Notes under the pieces: model-generated | The model's database searches: none | What the model was told of the DNA's origin: nothing | The model's input: the letters and a program-made list of their open reading frames with translations, nothing else | Shown: positions 14,016-28,720 of the stretch, one piece after another | Layout of the letters: each line of letters begins with the position of its first letter | How positions within the stretch are numbered: the first letter of the stretch is position 1 | Source of the DNA: Trichoplax adhaerens | Taxonomy: Eukaryota > Animalia > Placozoa | Assembly (NCBI RefSeq): GCF_000150275.1 | Contig: NW_002060976.1 | Span: forward strand, 191,626 to 255,625 | DNA length: 64,000 nucleotides | Reading direction: 5' to 3' | Program-made: the position numbers and the translations under genes

Positions 14016-15495
14016 CTATATTTTATTTTTACTCTTTATTGTATTAATCCCCTCCTAAAAATCGATTTGTTTAATGGAATGGCTGAACAATTAATGGTAA
14101 TGATTATTATTTAAAATATAATTTTTCATTTCAACTATAAACTTACTGAACGCAAATTTCGATACATTTTTCAGAAGAAAGTAAAGGTCTAATAGCGAAT
14201 TTATTATTTTAATGGTGCAATTACAGAACGGATAAAAAATAATTACTTAATCCAGATAAAATTCAATCGCATTGATACTGGGCTAATTGTTACTACTAGA
14301 ATAAGCTGACTTAACTTGGACACTAGCCTGCTCTGTATAAAGATCGACCTCCTCTTAATATAACTTCTTGTAGAATCAATTTAAATCCTTCGATACAATA
14401 TCTATTCGACCGCTTTATTTTCAATAAATTGTTGTATTATAATTCATTCCTTGCCTATAAATTTCGATAGAGGCGATGCTCTTGTAGGATCTCAATTTAG
14501 TATAGCTCTATCATCTACTGTTTTAGCCTGAGATCGATATATTATAATTGTTTTAATTCAACCACTCTTGCTTTCCCTTGCAAAGATAGATTATTACCAA
14601 ATTTTCAATCTTCATATAAATCTGTATTTCTGTTCCTTATCATGCGCTTATTAGATGTGGCATAGTTATCATTTTCAAAATTTTAATCCTTAAATAAATT
14701 TATATTTCTGTTCTTTTCATAAATTTGAATAGGTATCGGATAATTACAATTTTATTTTTAATGTATAGATTCGAAAATCTAGAGTCACATTTAGTTCACG
14801 AAAAATACTGAATAAAATTAATATAACGATTTGAGACAGCAATTTAATTGCCTCGCTTCTTGATGTGAGAGTAACCTACCACTGATTAGTCTTACAGAAA
14901 GTAGACTTCAACTTAATGGCCTTCAAAAAGCTTCGTTTCAGTGGCCTGATGCACAATTTGATTTAACATATATAAAGTCATTTTTTCTAGCTTTCTAAGC
15001 TTTTACTCGTATAGAAGAAAGCTATTCAATCTTTTATTCATCTACTTATGAAAGAAATCAATGACGGCGCAATGCTATTTTTCCCTACCTGGAAAGATTG
15101 TTTTAGGCCTACTTTTCATGAAACACTGCTACCCATTTTCGAATAAATTGCTCAAAATATGAATCCCTTGCCTGTTTGCAGATAGCATATCAATTTAAAA
15201 TATGGCCAAACGTGCTTGACTGTTGACTGTCCAGACAAGAATGTTACGGTTTAATTGTAAAAGGAATAAAGTTAATCTCAATGAGAATGATGAAAAGGGA
15301 ACTGCTTTTTATCTTATGTATGATTGTAATAACAAAATAGATATCAAGACATCTGATTTTATGAATAACTCAGTCTTGTATTAGATCAATTAATTAATAG
15401 AATCCGAAGACAGCAGTACAACTTGACCGATTCATAATCTGATCATTAATGTCGCTTTATTAATATGCTTTGATGAATAAATTATTCTAACCCAG

Positions 15496-15660
15496 TCAGA
15501 TGCACTCTTGTGCAGATTGTGAATATAATGTTTTTTTTGACAAAGTGGCAAGAATTGTATAATGACGTTTAAGCCTAACAGCAATGCACTTGTGATCTCA
15601 CATACTGCTCCTACCCATTTTAATGTATTTTCCTAAATGGGCACTTAAAGCCTTTACATC
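15496..15660 (+). pseudogene. Possible highly decayed EnSpm/CACTA-like transposase fragment
   Basis: Across frameshifts reads SDALLCRL..FLTKWQELYNDV..PN..AMHL*SHILLLPILMYFPKWALKAF, resembling the AD.LL..F....LYG...PN.H.L.H....I...GP.W...AF motif of this superfamily. Recognised by eye only. Confidence 0.3.
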
Positions 15661-18600
15661 GGTGTTATGCAAACGTTAAAGGAATTTAAAATTACAGGAT
15701 GTAAACTAAATTTATCACTATTATCGTCATGTCAAGAAAAAGATAAACATTATTATTACTGAAACTTTGCCTATAAATACATTGGTCTGTTTTGGTAGAT
15801 TGAATTTCTGCTGTTATCATACCCTACCAATAAATAGATTCATAATCCAAAGTTCAACATTACTTATTCCATGATGGCAAGAATATCCTTGTCTTTAATA
15901 GGAATATTGACGGATAATTCAGTTCTCGTATGTTATTTGAAGGTTGAGGATTGGAAGGAGAAACTTATAATTCTCTATCTTTCGAGATAAACGATAATTA
16001 TATAATGTAAATAGGTCATGGAAAAATCAGAAGATATCCTACGGCATTTTCGTATCCTACCTTTTAAATGCTATTAACTCAAAATCAAACAAATCAACTG
16101 CTGCTTATGAAAGGAATTCAAAGACATACCAGAATCAAATTACCAGATATAAGACATTATAAGCAATTAAGCTGTCAAATGCGTAATGAATTTCAAATTG
16201 AACTTCATATAGATATTTTTCCATTTTATTTACTTGACAATTAATTTAATTATGATTGGCATTGAAATTGTTTCAAATATAATTGCAATCTAAATTTTGG
16301 CCATTATGAAGTTCTTATCTTGCCGATACTGATAACTGAAGGTAAACCAGCGTTTAACAGTATTTAGAGAAAAAATACACAATCTTAATTTTACTCCAAA
16401 TGGCTTAAAGTTTAAGAATTTTCTTTCATCGTACATAACAGAACGGAATAATTTTCAATCTAGTTTTTAAGCATTGTTTTAAACTATAATAGCTAACAGC
16501 TTTCTCATCGACAATACACTAGATATTTAAAGATGTATTTATAGCTCTACTGATTAGGAACTAATTAGCAGAATTCACAAATGAAATTATAAAAGGTCCA
16601 TACTTTCTTAATATTTCAATGTTTTGACCTACTATTCGTTTCTCTTACTATATCAAGTATAGCATTTATTACATTATTCCTTCAAGTCCCAGTTAATGAA
16701 CTCAACTGGATCTTAATTCTCAATAACGGTAACAGAAAATTCGGTGCTAGTATTTTAGAGCAATGTCTATTTCCACCAGAATAAAAATTTCTAAACAAAA
16801 AAATTTCTAACCTTCGGTTTCTTCTGGTGTTTCTATTCACTTTCTTAACGAATGAATATCAATTAAACTTTTCGAACTGAATTAGATGTGGTTAAATGAC
16901 TAAATGTAAAGGGAAGCATATTATTAGTAGTAAGTTATTATTTTAATTGAATGTATAGTAAGATTCATATTGATAACATAAGAATCAGTCAAAGTTGGAA
17001 TACTAAATTCATGAAGAATCCTGCACTAAATTCTATGTAAGGTAAGTACATCCCGCTTACTTTCATGCAAGTGAATTTTATTTACCTAAGTAATGCCTAA
17101 AATCCTTTCAACGCTATGTGAACATATAGCAAATATTATAAATTTATATGAGAAGAAGATGCAATTAAAGGATCACTTTACATCCAAAAATATTGTAACT
17201 AATTGCCAATGCTCAATGATCAAGGGTCAATTAACATGTTAGCAGCCAAAAGATATCGCAAAGAATATTAAATCGAACCTTAGTAAGTTTAAAAAAATGT
17301 GTAAAACGCTTTGACTACTCATTAATAATTTTGAATGCATCGTAAAAGCGAAATATTAGTAAAGTATGGTACTCTCTCACTAGGAATTTTATACCTATTC
17401 TAAAAACTATAGCAGCTCCCATTGTATAAATATTACAATATTTAAAGAAAAGTTTTATTTTATGGCCTGATATTTAGAGAGTTTTAAATACGTTATAAGT
17501 AACTCATGATGGAGAAAATTACAATGCTATGCTGTAGCTTATCGGTTACGAAAGCTATCACGGTATATAGCTATCAAGGTGTATAAGCTGTAACTCTGTA
17601 CGAGTAGTAAATAATAACAAACCTGCTCTTTATTATCTTGATAATATCAGAATAACAGATATTGTTTTTTCAGTCCCATTGGATTTCAAAAGAAAATTTA
17701 TTGAACTATATCAAAGCTGTTTTGCTACAAATGGTATAACGGTAAAACTGAAATATTGACTCTATCTTGAATCAATACAATAAATCATAAATGTTCAATA
17801 ATTTATGATCGTTTTGCTTGCATCTTACTCATAAATAAGATAGCTGCTGAACTAACTGCATATGTTTATGATACTACTTCCTTATTTACTCTAGAACATC
17901 AAAACTATTGGTTCTGGTACATTTTCACCTTCTAAGTTCTTTCTATTTGCGTAGTTGTATAGATCTGATAAAATTTAATCATAAACTATTTCTTAACTAA
18001 CACCTTGTTTACAATCTTAGGCTATCTTAACCCATTTAATTGTAAATTTTGTCGTTTTTTTTAATTCACGATGAGCATATTGATTACTGGGACATTTACA
18101 AATTGTTATTGGCTAATGAAGTAGCAGATACCTTAACGTGCGATAATTTCTTCGTAGACTTATACATAATTAATTTGATATTCTGAAAGCATAGATTACT
18201 TTTAAAAACATAAGTTTTCTCAATTGTCGTGATAAAATTTATAGCACATGCACTGCACCACGATGTTTTACGAAATTCAAAATCAGACCCAATATTAATT
18301 CATATAGGATAAAGTGATTAACTGTTATTATCTCTAATGAACAGTCAATAATTATTAAGTTGTACTAAAAATTTTAGCGTATTTAAACTAATTCAATATA
18401 TTTAAATATTTTGTTTGAACTTCTTTATAGAAAAATTTTTTCCTAGCAAACTGAATTATTGAACTATATTAGTCGAACTTCTTGAAAACGGAACGTATTA
18501 TAATGTTTTACTTACTTTCTTATTAAATTAAATTCGTAAAGTAGTTTATGGCTTTGCCATTTGATCATGCTATTGCTTCAAACCAATTATCATAAAAGTG

Positions 18601-19379
18601 CAGATAGTGATTAAAATTATTAATTATCTATTATAATTATCATATTTACAGTAGGATCAATATAACTCTTTAATTTTTTATTTAATAGTTACTGTAACTT
18701 TTGATCAGTAATAAAGGTAAATATCGATGTTGCAGAGCTTATAATCAGTTCATATTATTGTTTCAATCGCGAAAATACATCAACAGAAGGATGATAAACG
18801 TATCATTCATGACATCAGGTAGACACTAGTGAAAAACAGCTATATGGAAGAGATAGCGATGGCATAAGTAAAGCATCTTAATTTGTGTTGTATGTGCTAG
18901 CTTCTTTAATAACACAGTTATGGTCATGTTGCTTCACTGTATGTCTCATTTGCTAATAAAAAATCAGCTAATAGGAGGTAATTGCAGTCAGATTGCGAGT
19001 TCAATTAAAGACAAAAGTAAAAGTAAAAGTATCAAAAAGCAAGTATTCAATTTTCTCTTATGGTCAGTTTCCATAAGCGTTAATCTAAGATTATTTCTTC
19101 CTCAACAATAAGCGCAAAGAAATCAATTTATCTATACCAAGTCGAATATATAATAATAATATGTATAATATAAAGATGAAAATTATAATTTTTGTAAAAT
19201 TAAGATGCAAGTACTTAAATTTTTCTTCTGATAACGAGACGAGCATGATTTAGATCTTTGCCGGTGCTATAATCTAAAAATAGTTAGTAAGAATGCCATT
19301 TCTATGTTATCATGACCTCGAGATTATCGCTATGCCTAAATAGTCATTCTAAGACTACTAAAAATAACAAACAGTTTGA

Positions 19380-19493
19380 TAGATAGCTTTCACCGAGTAA
19401 CTCTGCAACAATGGACAAGGCAGCAAGTTTTTTCGTTCTCTGACTTTCACCATCTTCGGTTAACAGGTTGAATTCCACCCTTGAGTGAGCCAT
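19380..19493 (-). pseudogene. Possible decayed start of a retrotransposon gag ORF
   Basis: ATG at 19493 lies ~165 nt downstream of the PBS; reads MAHSRVEFNLLTEDGESQRTKKLAALSIVAELLG, loosely like Gypsy gag N-termini (EF...ED / KK.A.L..V). Confidence 0.35.
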
Positions 19494-19656
19494 TTTCACT
19501 TTTTGGCATTTCAACAGATCAGGTTATCATCGTGAGACTACTCTGACCTCTTTAAAAGAACTCAAAAAAGTCTTCTTACCTTTTTCTGCGGTCAGTTAGT
19601 CGGGTGGTAAGGTACCAAGGAGTTCCGATTTCAGGGCAAAGTGGTTTCTTTTTAGG

Positions 19657-19674
19657 ATCCCATCTCTGCCACCA
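19657..19674 (-). promoter_or_regulatory. Primer binding site (tRNA-Leu-like) of an LTR retrotransposon
   Basis: Minus strand reads TGGTGGCAGAGATGGGAT, 1 nt after an LTR-type end (...GCTTTTTTGTGACT); complementary to a tRNA 3' end of the ...TCCCA(CCG)CTGCCACCA type. Confidence 0.7.
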
Positions 19675-19675
19675 A

Positions 19676-19960
19676 AGTCACAAAAAAGCTTTTGTGATCG
19701 TTTCTAAACTAAACTATCTACTCTTAAGGTTCCCTGACTAACTCAGGAGATCCTCAGTCAAGGAAAACTAATATGTTCCTATATTATAGAAAACGAGTCC
19801 AACGATTGGTTCAGGTTGATAAATGTTTTATTACCAGCTATTGTAACTTAGCATCAGTACATTTTAGTAGGGCCTCAGTGGAACTGAGATTAAAAATTGA
19901 TAATCAGGCTTATATACAATCTCGTATGTCACATAAATTCCCCGGTACTAACCTGTCACA
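19676..19960 (-). mobile_element. 5' LTR, family D (single copy; upstream boundary uncertain)
   Basis: 3' end resembles that of families A and B and abuts the PBS; minus strand has GTATATAAG (~19912) and AATAAA (~19830); candidate TGTGACA starts at 19960 or 19933. Confidence 0.55.
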
Positions 19961-20640
19961 TTAAATTATATAATACGCGTTGCAGGCTTGCTATAGGCTA
20001 GACCGAGTGTTATTTAATATATCTCGCTAGTTAATATCAATGAGCAAGTTCAATTATTGATCATACCACAATAGTGCAATATCGCATCTTGAATTAGTTA
20101 TATCGCTGACTTCGGCATAATTAATTGATAACAATCCATATAGTATGACATAATTCAAAAGTCATAAGTAATAATAATAGTCAGTTAACAATTGAGGATT
20201 GCTGTCTACAACTGTCATGGACTACTCTTCTGACAAGGGAAGAAGTAAATTATTCTGTTCCTCTAAGTTGCTAGTGTCAACCACTATTTTACTTTCCGCC
20301 TAGAACTTCCCTTCTAGGATGTAGTTACACAGATAAACTACACAACGTGGAGCTACTTTTACTTTATTTCAACTAATTCGAACAACGCAATGTACTCGTA
20401 AAAGACTACAGAAATCATCTGCTAACGAGCAATATTCGTAATTACAAGTCAAATCGTAAAAGTTTAGTCGACCCAACTTATATAGGTAGAACTATAGGCA
20501 AAAACATCATTCTTTGTTTAATTATAGATAAGAGAAAGATAAGAAGTCTGGAATTCTGTTAATAGACTCCCCACACAGTTCTTTTTAAAGATTAAACATA
20601 CTAATGGGTGTAGCCGGTATGGAAAATATGCAAATGACTT

Positions 20641-21273
20641 TCTCACAAAACAGCTTTGCAACAAGATAACGTAATGTACGATCAATAAGTCAATTCCTTG
20701 AACCACGTATCAAGGAACGATATCTGCACTATCACAAACACTTTTGCTCTACTAGCAGACTACACAAAGACTTATACTCTTCGTATTTTACGTTAACCAC
20801 TAAGTTTGAGAATCCGCTTTATTACATGATATACTGCATTTATATACTATTCCTCAGTAGTTCATGAGTCATAGTTAGTACAATTAACATAGGAATCATT
20901 TACTGAATTAGATATTAATTTTAGTTACTGCTCCCTTAATGCAGACAACAGTATTTACGAACATAGACATGTAATAATGACTAATACAGAATAGTCAGAT
21001 CACGATATGTCCTATCACGGAACATTTCCACGATAATTTACAATCTACCATAAGTAAATTACAATCACAATGATTGAAACTGTAAGTAGATGATTTGCAT
21101 TCCCTATTATAACTATTAATTTCAGTTTGTGTATAAGTGTCACTGTCATAAATAGTCAGCGCTATATTAAAACACAGTATATCCAAAGTAGAAGTTAAAT
21201 AAATAAGGATAGGCTAACAGAATTATCCTAATATAGATATTTCTACTGTAATACAGTATATAAGACTGTAACT
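20641..21273 (-). mobile_element. 3' LTR, family A, copy 2, still attached to internal sequence
   Basis: Reverse-complement match to 1300-1928 over its full length; both terminal dinucleotides mutated; preceded on - by a PPT and a pol remnant. Confidence 0.9.
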
Positions 21274-21285
21274 TTCCCCCACCTT
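21274..21285 (-). promoter_or_regulatory. Polypurine tract
   Basis: AAGGTGGGGGAA on - immediately 5' of LTR A copy 2. Confidence 0.8.
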
Positions 21286-21396
21286 AAACTGTGGTCAGGG
21301 TATCATATTTTTAACATGAAGTACATCACAACATGAAATAATACAGCGCTAAAATAATAATTATTTTGTAGTGTCATTTTAACTATTGCTTAAACG

Positions 21397-21873
21397 TTAC
21401 AATAATCTAGACAAAGTATCAGCAGCACGGTTATCTTTACTGGGGCGATGCTTTATATCGAATCGATATTGGTCCACAGCCAGGGCCTATCGCATCAGTC
21501 TTTGGTTATGATTCTTCATCCGATGTAACCAAAGTAAGGGTTGGTGGTCCGTGTAAAGCATAAAATATTGTTCTTCTAAATAGACTTGGAAGGAGCGTAA
21601 TCCCCGTACCAACGCTAGATATTCTTTTTCAGTTGTTGAATAATTTTTCTCAGCTGCAGTTCATTTTCGACTTGCATAAGCCACAGGGTGTTCGGTATTA
21701 TCGTAAACTTGCATAAGCACAGCGCCTATGCCCAAGTCTGAAGCATCAATTTGCACGGAAAACGGTTGATCTTCATTTACTGCACGCAAAATTGGTTCTT
21801 TAGTTAGACATTGTTTGAGTTCTAGGAAGGCTTGTTCGCAGTCTTTTGTCCATCGGACCTTTGTTGGTAGCGA
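21397..21873 (-). pseudogene. Ty3/Gypsy pol remnant: RT connection and RNase H, two in-frame stops
   Basis: One frame: VRWTKDCEQAFLELKQCL..P...QIDASDLGIGAVL..EHPVAYASRK*TAAEKNYSTTEKE...YTDHQPLLWLHRMKNHNQRLMR*ALAVDQYRFDIKHRPSKDNRAADTLSRLL*. Confidence 0.93.
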
Positions 21874-24800
21874 GTCATACACGAACGAATAAATCATATA
21901 GAATCAATAATATGTATGAAAACCTATCGAGACACAAATACTTAATTTGTGCTGTATCATTCACGGTGTAGTTGCACCGCGACAACAACATAACAATCTC
22001 TAATAATATTTTTAATCACACGATAGTATTTTGCAAGGTGAATTATAATTTTTACAGTTATTCTACTATCTTAGATTACTACTAGCTATTATCAAATAGC
22101 TTCAAGCTCAGTAACACATATATTTAATAAATTTATAAATATAATAATAGCGTGTAAATTTACCGTTGGCATTATGTGAAAACCACCGATTCTATTACTA
22201 GTAGCCGCAGCTAATAAGCTTGCAGATCATCTTATAGCATGATAAAGCAAATTATTAAATTAATGCAGAAGTGGTCAGAAACAAATATCTATAATTCTTC
22301 TCTAACGTTATTAACCAAATAAGGGAAGCGCAGTAGGACCCATCACGCACAAACAGTTCTATTCTTATCGTTGTGTGATACTTTCTTTTTTCCTTGGAGG
22401 TAATATTTGAATTGGATACTATACAGATATTAGCGAGGGACGAAATATTTGAACGAAATATTCATCTAGTCCTCCTTGCTTAATTTTATTAAACTATAGC
22501 ATATTTTGAACCTCAGATCTGAATGGCGTAGTAGAAGTTTATTTACTTTTACTTTATTCTTCTCTAACATTCTACAATTTTTCCAGTCAATATCTGATTA
22601 ATAATAGATACCTTATCGTCAATATCCATCATTAATGATGAACTCTGTCTGAGATAAGTAACTGAGCCATAAATGCCCAGTCTTACAGGTGGAATAAGGA
22701 AAGAATTATTTATCAATCAGAAGCCAAATTTGTAACATTTATTGAAATATTGTGATTGTCATTTAAAAGATGTATAAGAGCCATGGGCTTAATTATGTTA
22801 CATGTCAGCATATTGTGTAAACTTTGATAATTACATCTATTTACATTTCGCGTCTGACAATTGAGCTGACAGAAAGTCAAGCTTAAAATTTGTTGAATTA
22901 TTAATCGAAGCCGGTACAACGCTGAAAATGATAATAGTAGCTTTACGTCAATAAGAACGAAGAATTAGTCATGATATAATAGATTTGTAATTATGTCTAC
23001 TATTTAGAAATGAGAGCGCAGCTGCAACCGTAAATAACTAATATATCTTCTTTCTACTCTGATCTACTCTTTAAATTATTTAACATCCGCAGAAGCTTAC
23101 ACAATCATCGATTGATTATTTAAGCAAACAAAAGTGTTAAACTAATGATGAACTCACGGTCATTAACGAGCTGTTTCAGTTGTGCTTGATGCCGATTTAA
23201 TTCATAAATAAGGTTTGCGCTAATTTCAGCATGTACAATTAATGTTCGTCGATAATAACTGTGATCGTAGATAAATTACTAGGATAACTATGGAGGAAAC
23301 GGGTTCATTGAACGTTAAGAAATAAAACGATCAGTTTCGCTTGATCTTTATCGTTTACAGATTCTAGCTGAATTTGACTAGCTCATTGCTGCTAAAGAAA
23401 CATACAAAAAGTAGTAATTCTCCTCGTAATGAGGTCCATTGATATCCACGTTAATCATTATCATAGTAATTAAAGTAATAGAAATAATAAAATGATGATA
23501 TACTATTTCAAACTATTTAATAATGCTATTATTACTCAAATTTTCCAGTTCTCGTTCCAGCTGCTAAGCTATAAGGTCAATGCCAATTATTCTCAGGCTT
23601 ATACTAACATAAATCATACGTATTAAGAGCAACATATAAATTCAGTAATAAAATTCTTATATGAGTCATTTCTCTATTTATTTCCATTATAGTGCTGTGA
23701 AAATTTCATAATACAAGGTAAAACTCTGAAGTAGGTAGGAAAACTAAAAATTGTGAACGTTTGAGCATTGCGTGTAAGTAAAGATTATGAGGCATATGTA
23801 TATAAAAGATGTAGAGTTAAGATAAGTTTTGAAAATGTTTTGTATCTTATTAATATCAGACTTGCTTGTTAGACAATTTTAACCTAAACCTTCAAATAAA
23901 TCGTCAATTCTTCTATTGATCGAGTCGCATTGTGCGTAGTAAATGCGATTCTGATTCCTAAAAGAATCAGTACGTTCAAGCTTTAAATACTAGCTTATAT
24001 TTTTTTCTAAATTAATAATCAAACCTCTAATTCATATAAAATTCCAGCAATAATATGTACCAAGAAACAAGTTGATATTTGGTTAATTTATTTTATCTTA
24101 GGATTAAATAAACTTATAGTAGCTTCGTCATTCTATTTATGCAAACCTTAAAGACTAGACTTTTAGATATTTAAAGCTTACTATATCATGAACGGGATAG
24201 GTAGTAGCATTTGGATTATGGATCCTGTATAATAAAATTGTATTGATTACTAACAGTCTTCCTTAAGTTTTGGATCAAAAATTAATTTAGATAAAGTGTG
24301 GCATATAAATCGTGTCAAACCATGTTAAACCATGTTATCCTAAAAAGATACATCGTAAACAAGTATCAAATAAACAATATACAGGGAAATGTTATTACTA
24401 TTAGTAAGATTTCTAAAATCCATTGTTGTATCGAAGAATAAGCTGTTCTATTTTCAATTTTTTAAGCAAAACATCCACTGATATTTCTGGTATTTTACTC
24501 CTACTTTTATTTATAGAAATGTTTTAAATTCAGTCGAGAACGTTAAGTAAATTTAATAAATTATCCTCATGTACAAGTATAGCTTTATTTAAGTTTAACA
24601 ATGATCCCTTAAAAGACGCTTTTACTTTAATTCAACTTTTCTTAAACCTAACTAGTCAATAATAAACGATAGTTCTATAATGTATTTTAGATAGTAAAAT
24701 TCTATTTTGAAGAAAGACCAGCTAGTTTGAATAAATGGATAATAGAATCAAATGGCATTCGTAGTACTTACTTCTCAGATAATCAATTTGACAGTAAATA

Positions 24801-27800
24801 TTTGATCAAAGGCTCTATATTTAAATCATCATATTTGATTTTGTAAAATTTTATTTTACTTTGTAGAATATAGATATGCTCGTTCATGAATGAGAAATTA
24901 ATCTCATTCTATTTTATCTTGCGATACTAAAAATAATTCATACCCTTATATTTTACTTTAGCCTATCATTAAATCAATTTAACAGCATTTTGCTACGGCT
25001 TTATAGTCTGACGGAAGTAATGCTACTGCGACTACCATATTAGCAGTTTCAGAGCTGCAAAATCGGTATGAATTCGTAGTAGGATCTTAAAATTTTAAGA
25101 AAAAAAGAAAAAATAGCTAAATATATTAAGTAAATTTACACATTTTCTATTTTGGTAAAATTATAAGTTTAAATATAATAATTAATTGCAGTCTAATATT
25201 TACCTAGTCACAACTTTCAAAGCTAAAAAATATCAAAATAGCATCGTTAACAGAAGGTAGTCATAACTGAACTAGAAGAAGTAAAGATTAGAAAGTTATT
25301 AAAGTTTGTTCGAAAACAGATATTTTACGACCGCATATGATTTATAGCTATCGTTAATAAAAATTGATATTGCAGCTCAATGTTCAAACGCTTAAGATCA
25401 TAAATTAGAAAAATTAATGAATACGTTGTTCATATTGATTTATAAATTAATATTAATTGGACATAAATTATCAACTCATAGAATATTTCATGACTATAAA
25501 GCGTACATCAAAGCGAAAATTTTTTTCTTAACTTATGTATATTTTGAATGTTACTGCACAATTGGTCCTGAGAATTGGCAATCCCATCAAAGACTAAACC
25601 ACGTTATATTACTAGAAGATAATAAACTATTATAAACTATATTTTTTCTGTTATATGAAGACAATTGTGATATCGAATGACTTTCCAAAGCCTATTACGA
25701 ATGGATTCACACTAAATTAATTTTAATCTTTAGTTCTGTTGTTTTCCAACAGGATCATCGCCATTAGAGCTGCATTCGGTCTCTGCATCTCTCACCTTAA
25801 GTCTCAGTTATTAATGTGTATATCAATTTTTATTTAAAATTTTGATTTATATTTAAAACCCACTTTTGATTTATCTTCTTGAATTATAATTATTAATAAC
25901 TCTTTCAGTAACAATAACTCCTGTTGATGTTATTAATCCAAAAATCCTATTTATAGTCACCTAACGAAACCTTTCTACAAGAAGAAAGGACATGATTACC
26001 TTCCAGCTGCCAATTCATCTTATAAATAATAGCAAATATGATTTAAATTGATCTGCCATTATTTGCTAAGCTATTCTAGGCTAGTTCAAAGTAGTTGCAG
26101 CTAAACTCTGATTATACGTAATTAGTCGTACTAAATAGGCACTGAACGTCAATGTAGTAGTTCTGTATGATATTTTCATTCAAGAATTCGGCCAAAACAT
26201 AGCTAAGAATTTCCATGGTAATGTAATTCGGATTTTCAGCGAAGAAAATTATTAAATTAAAATAGTATGACATTTTAAAATGAGCGTTTACATTTTAGGA
26301 CGACAAAAATAATGTTCGTTTAAGGCGTTCCCTATTAAGTAATTGACAGATCTTCTAAAGGAAATTCTATATTTATAAATCAGCTAGCTCTATTACCATT
26401 TCGAGCCATTAGTATCATTTGCATTATAATAGAAAGAATAATAGCGATAAAATCACTGATGTTAATCTGACGTCAATCTCACTCAATAGAACGCTAAATC
26501 AAAAACTGCTTAGAATTGACAGCGAATTAATACCAGAAACTAATGGAATCCATAAAGTTGACGATATTAGAGAATACAGAAGTAATTCGCTGAACTGTAT
26601 TCCAAATTGGAACCAGAAGAACTTTATAAAATCTCAAAAGTTAGGAAGCAAATAAATTAATGCTCTATTCGATAACATACAGTATTATCGCTGACTATAA
26701 TTAAATTTGCAATATCATCAAATCGTCAAGTGTAAGAGAGGAAAATTTTACATTGCTTTTATCATAGTTAAAATGATTGATAAGCAATAAACAAGAAAAG
26801 AGATCTCCAGAATGCTATGCTAACTGTATTGTCTTAGCTATTCTTTCAATAATCATAATGGTTAAGTTTGCATTGAATTTATTCGGAGAATGAAATTGTA
26901 TTTTAGTTTATTCCCGAGAAGAGACCAAAACTGTATCAGTACCGTGCAAGATATTAAATAATTTAGGAAAATTATTATTGCCTTAATTAGGCTATAAATG
27001 TTTATAAGTCCTTCTTAGTTTCAGTTACAGGAGCAAACTTAAGAAGATGAGATATATTTAAAATTTAATTTTAAAAGAGGAAATCAATTGTAATTGATTG
27101 AGGCTAACAACGATTGATAGCCTAAATCTATTTTATATATCATCCCAGTTTAATTATTCAAGATAATATAATATAAATTTAAAATGGGAAATTGGCTTAC
27201 AGGAAGTGTTAAGAAAATAGAGGTGGCAGCTATTATTAATTATTACTCCTGCCTCTGGGGTTTCAAACATGAACTTGTGATTACGTGATTAATTATTTGA
27301 TAAAAATGGATGGCTAAATGTTAATGCAAATCACAAAGTAGTTAGTATGTTACAGATCTGCTAATTAATCTGTAATTACCTCTCAAACCAGTTACAGTAG
27401 CATTACATTAGCTGAACAACATAAACCTAGAAGGCGTGTTCATATTATAATTTTCAACAGATAATCTGATATTAGGCATCGAAGTAAACTACCATATTTA
27501 ATCATCAATTTTTACACAATATCATAGCAAAGCAATACATGATATAAATATCGTTTGATACTTGCCCAGTGCCCACCCAATGAACTTAAATCATGCATTC
27601 GAAACTGAAAGAAGGCCTAGAATGCTCAATAAGACAGTAATTGTGGGTAAATATATAGTGGCTATATTTTTTAGTTCGCTGCACCTTAAATCGATACTGC
27701 AACAACTTAATCCACAAAGATTGCATTCACAACTGTATAGCTAATTAATTTACCTATACACCTAAATTTCTTATCAATGTTTATGTTATCTATACTTACT

Positions 27801-28720
27801 AAATCTATATTCCAGGTAAATCTAAACATACTTTTGAAGGAATCTTTAATTCTACTCCGTAGGCAATACAGCTACCTATTTATTAATAAATATCGATATA
27901 GATACAAATTCCATAATATAGAAAATCATATTGATATGTCAGCTATGGACTATCTGGTATCCAATTATGAACCTATGTTGCTATGATCATGTTCTCGCCA
28001 TAAGTGGACATAATTTAGTTCATTCATTCAGAGGAAATTACGTCTGCTGCCTATTTTCTATATCTGTTTACCAGGGAAACTGATTATTACAAGCCATTAT
28101 TTCTTTCCAAATTTAATTTATTAATTACTTCATTACTTTACAGTATATGAAAGCATTATCTAATAATAACAGATTTTAAATATAACAATTTCACAATTAA
28201 TTGCCTTATCAAGATACCAACTCTGATTTAATAAGCAATAAAATTTACTGTCCTTTTTTGATAGGCCTAACTGCCTTTCTAACCATTTAATTATTTTGAT
28301 TTAATCGCATGGGCGTATACAACTAACAATAGTCCAACTTATATCGCTTATAATATAATCTGAACATATTTAAATAGATTCACATAACTAAATTACATGA
28401 ATTAAAATTTAACATAATATCTAAAAGCAAGTTTCCGTAATTAATATATGAGAAAAAAACTTCATCAACAATGTGCCTTTATATTAGCAATGGCTGTTTC
28501 CAAAGAGTTACATTTCCGTAAATACTTCATTTTTGAAAAACAGTAATCTCTAATAACAGAAATTTCTATTTTATAGACTATACCTTTCATTTACCACTAT
28601 TTTAATTTTCTTAACGAAAATATTTACGGATCAAATTTTCAAATTCGAATTGATTTGGAGATTCCCTTCACGAAATTGGAAACTTCAATACTGCGACTTT
28701 CATATAATACAAGTATCGAG

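Noticed and set aside
19657-19674. tRNA gene suggested by ...CTGCCACCA on +
   Set aside because: Only the 3' 18 nt are present, including an encoded CCA, next to an LTR end; this is a PBS, not a tRNA gene.
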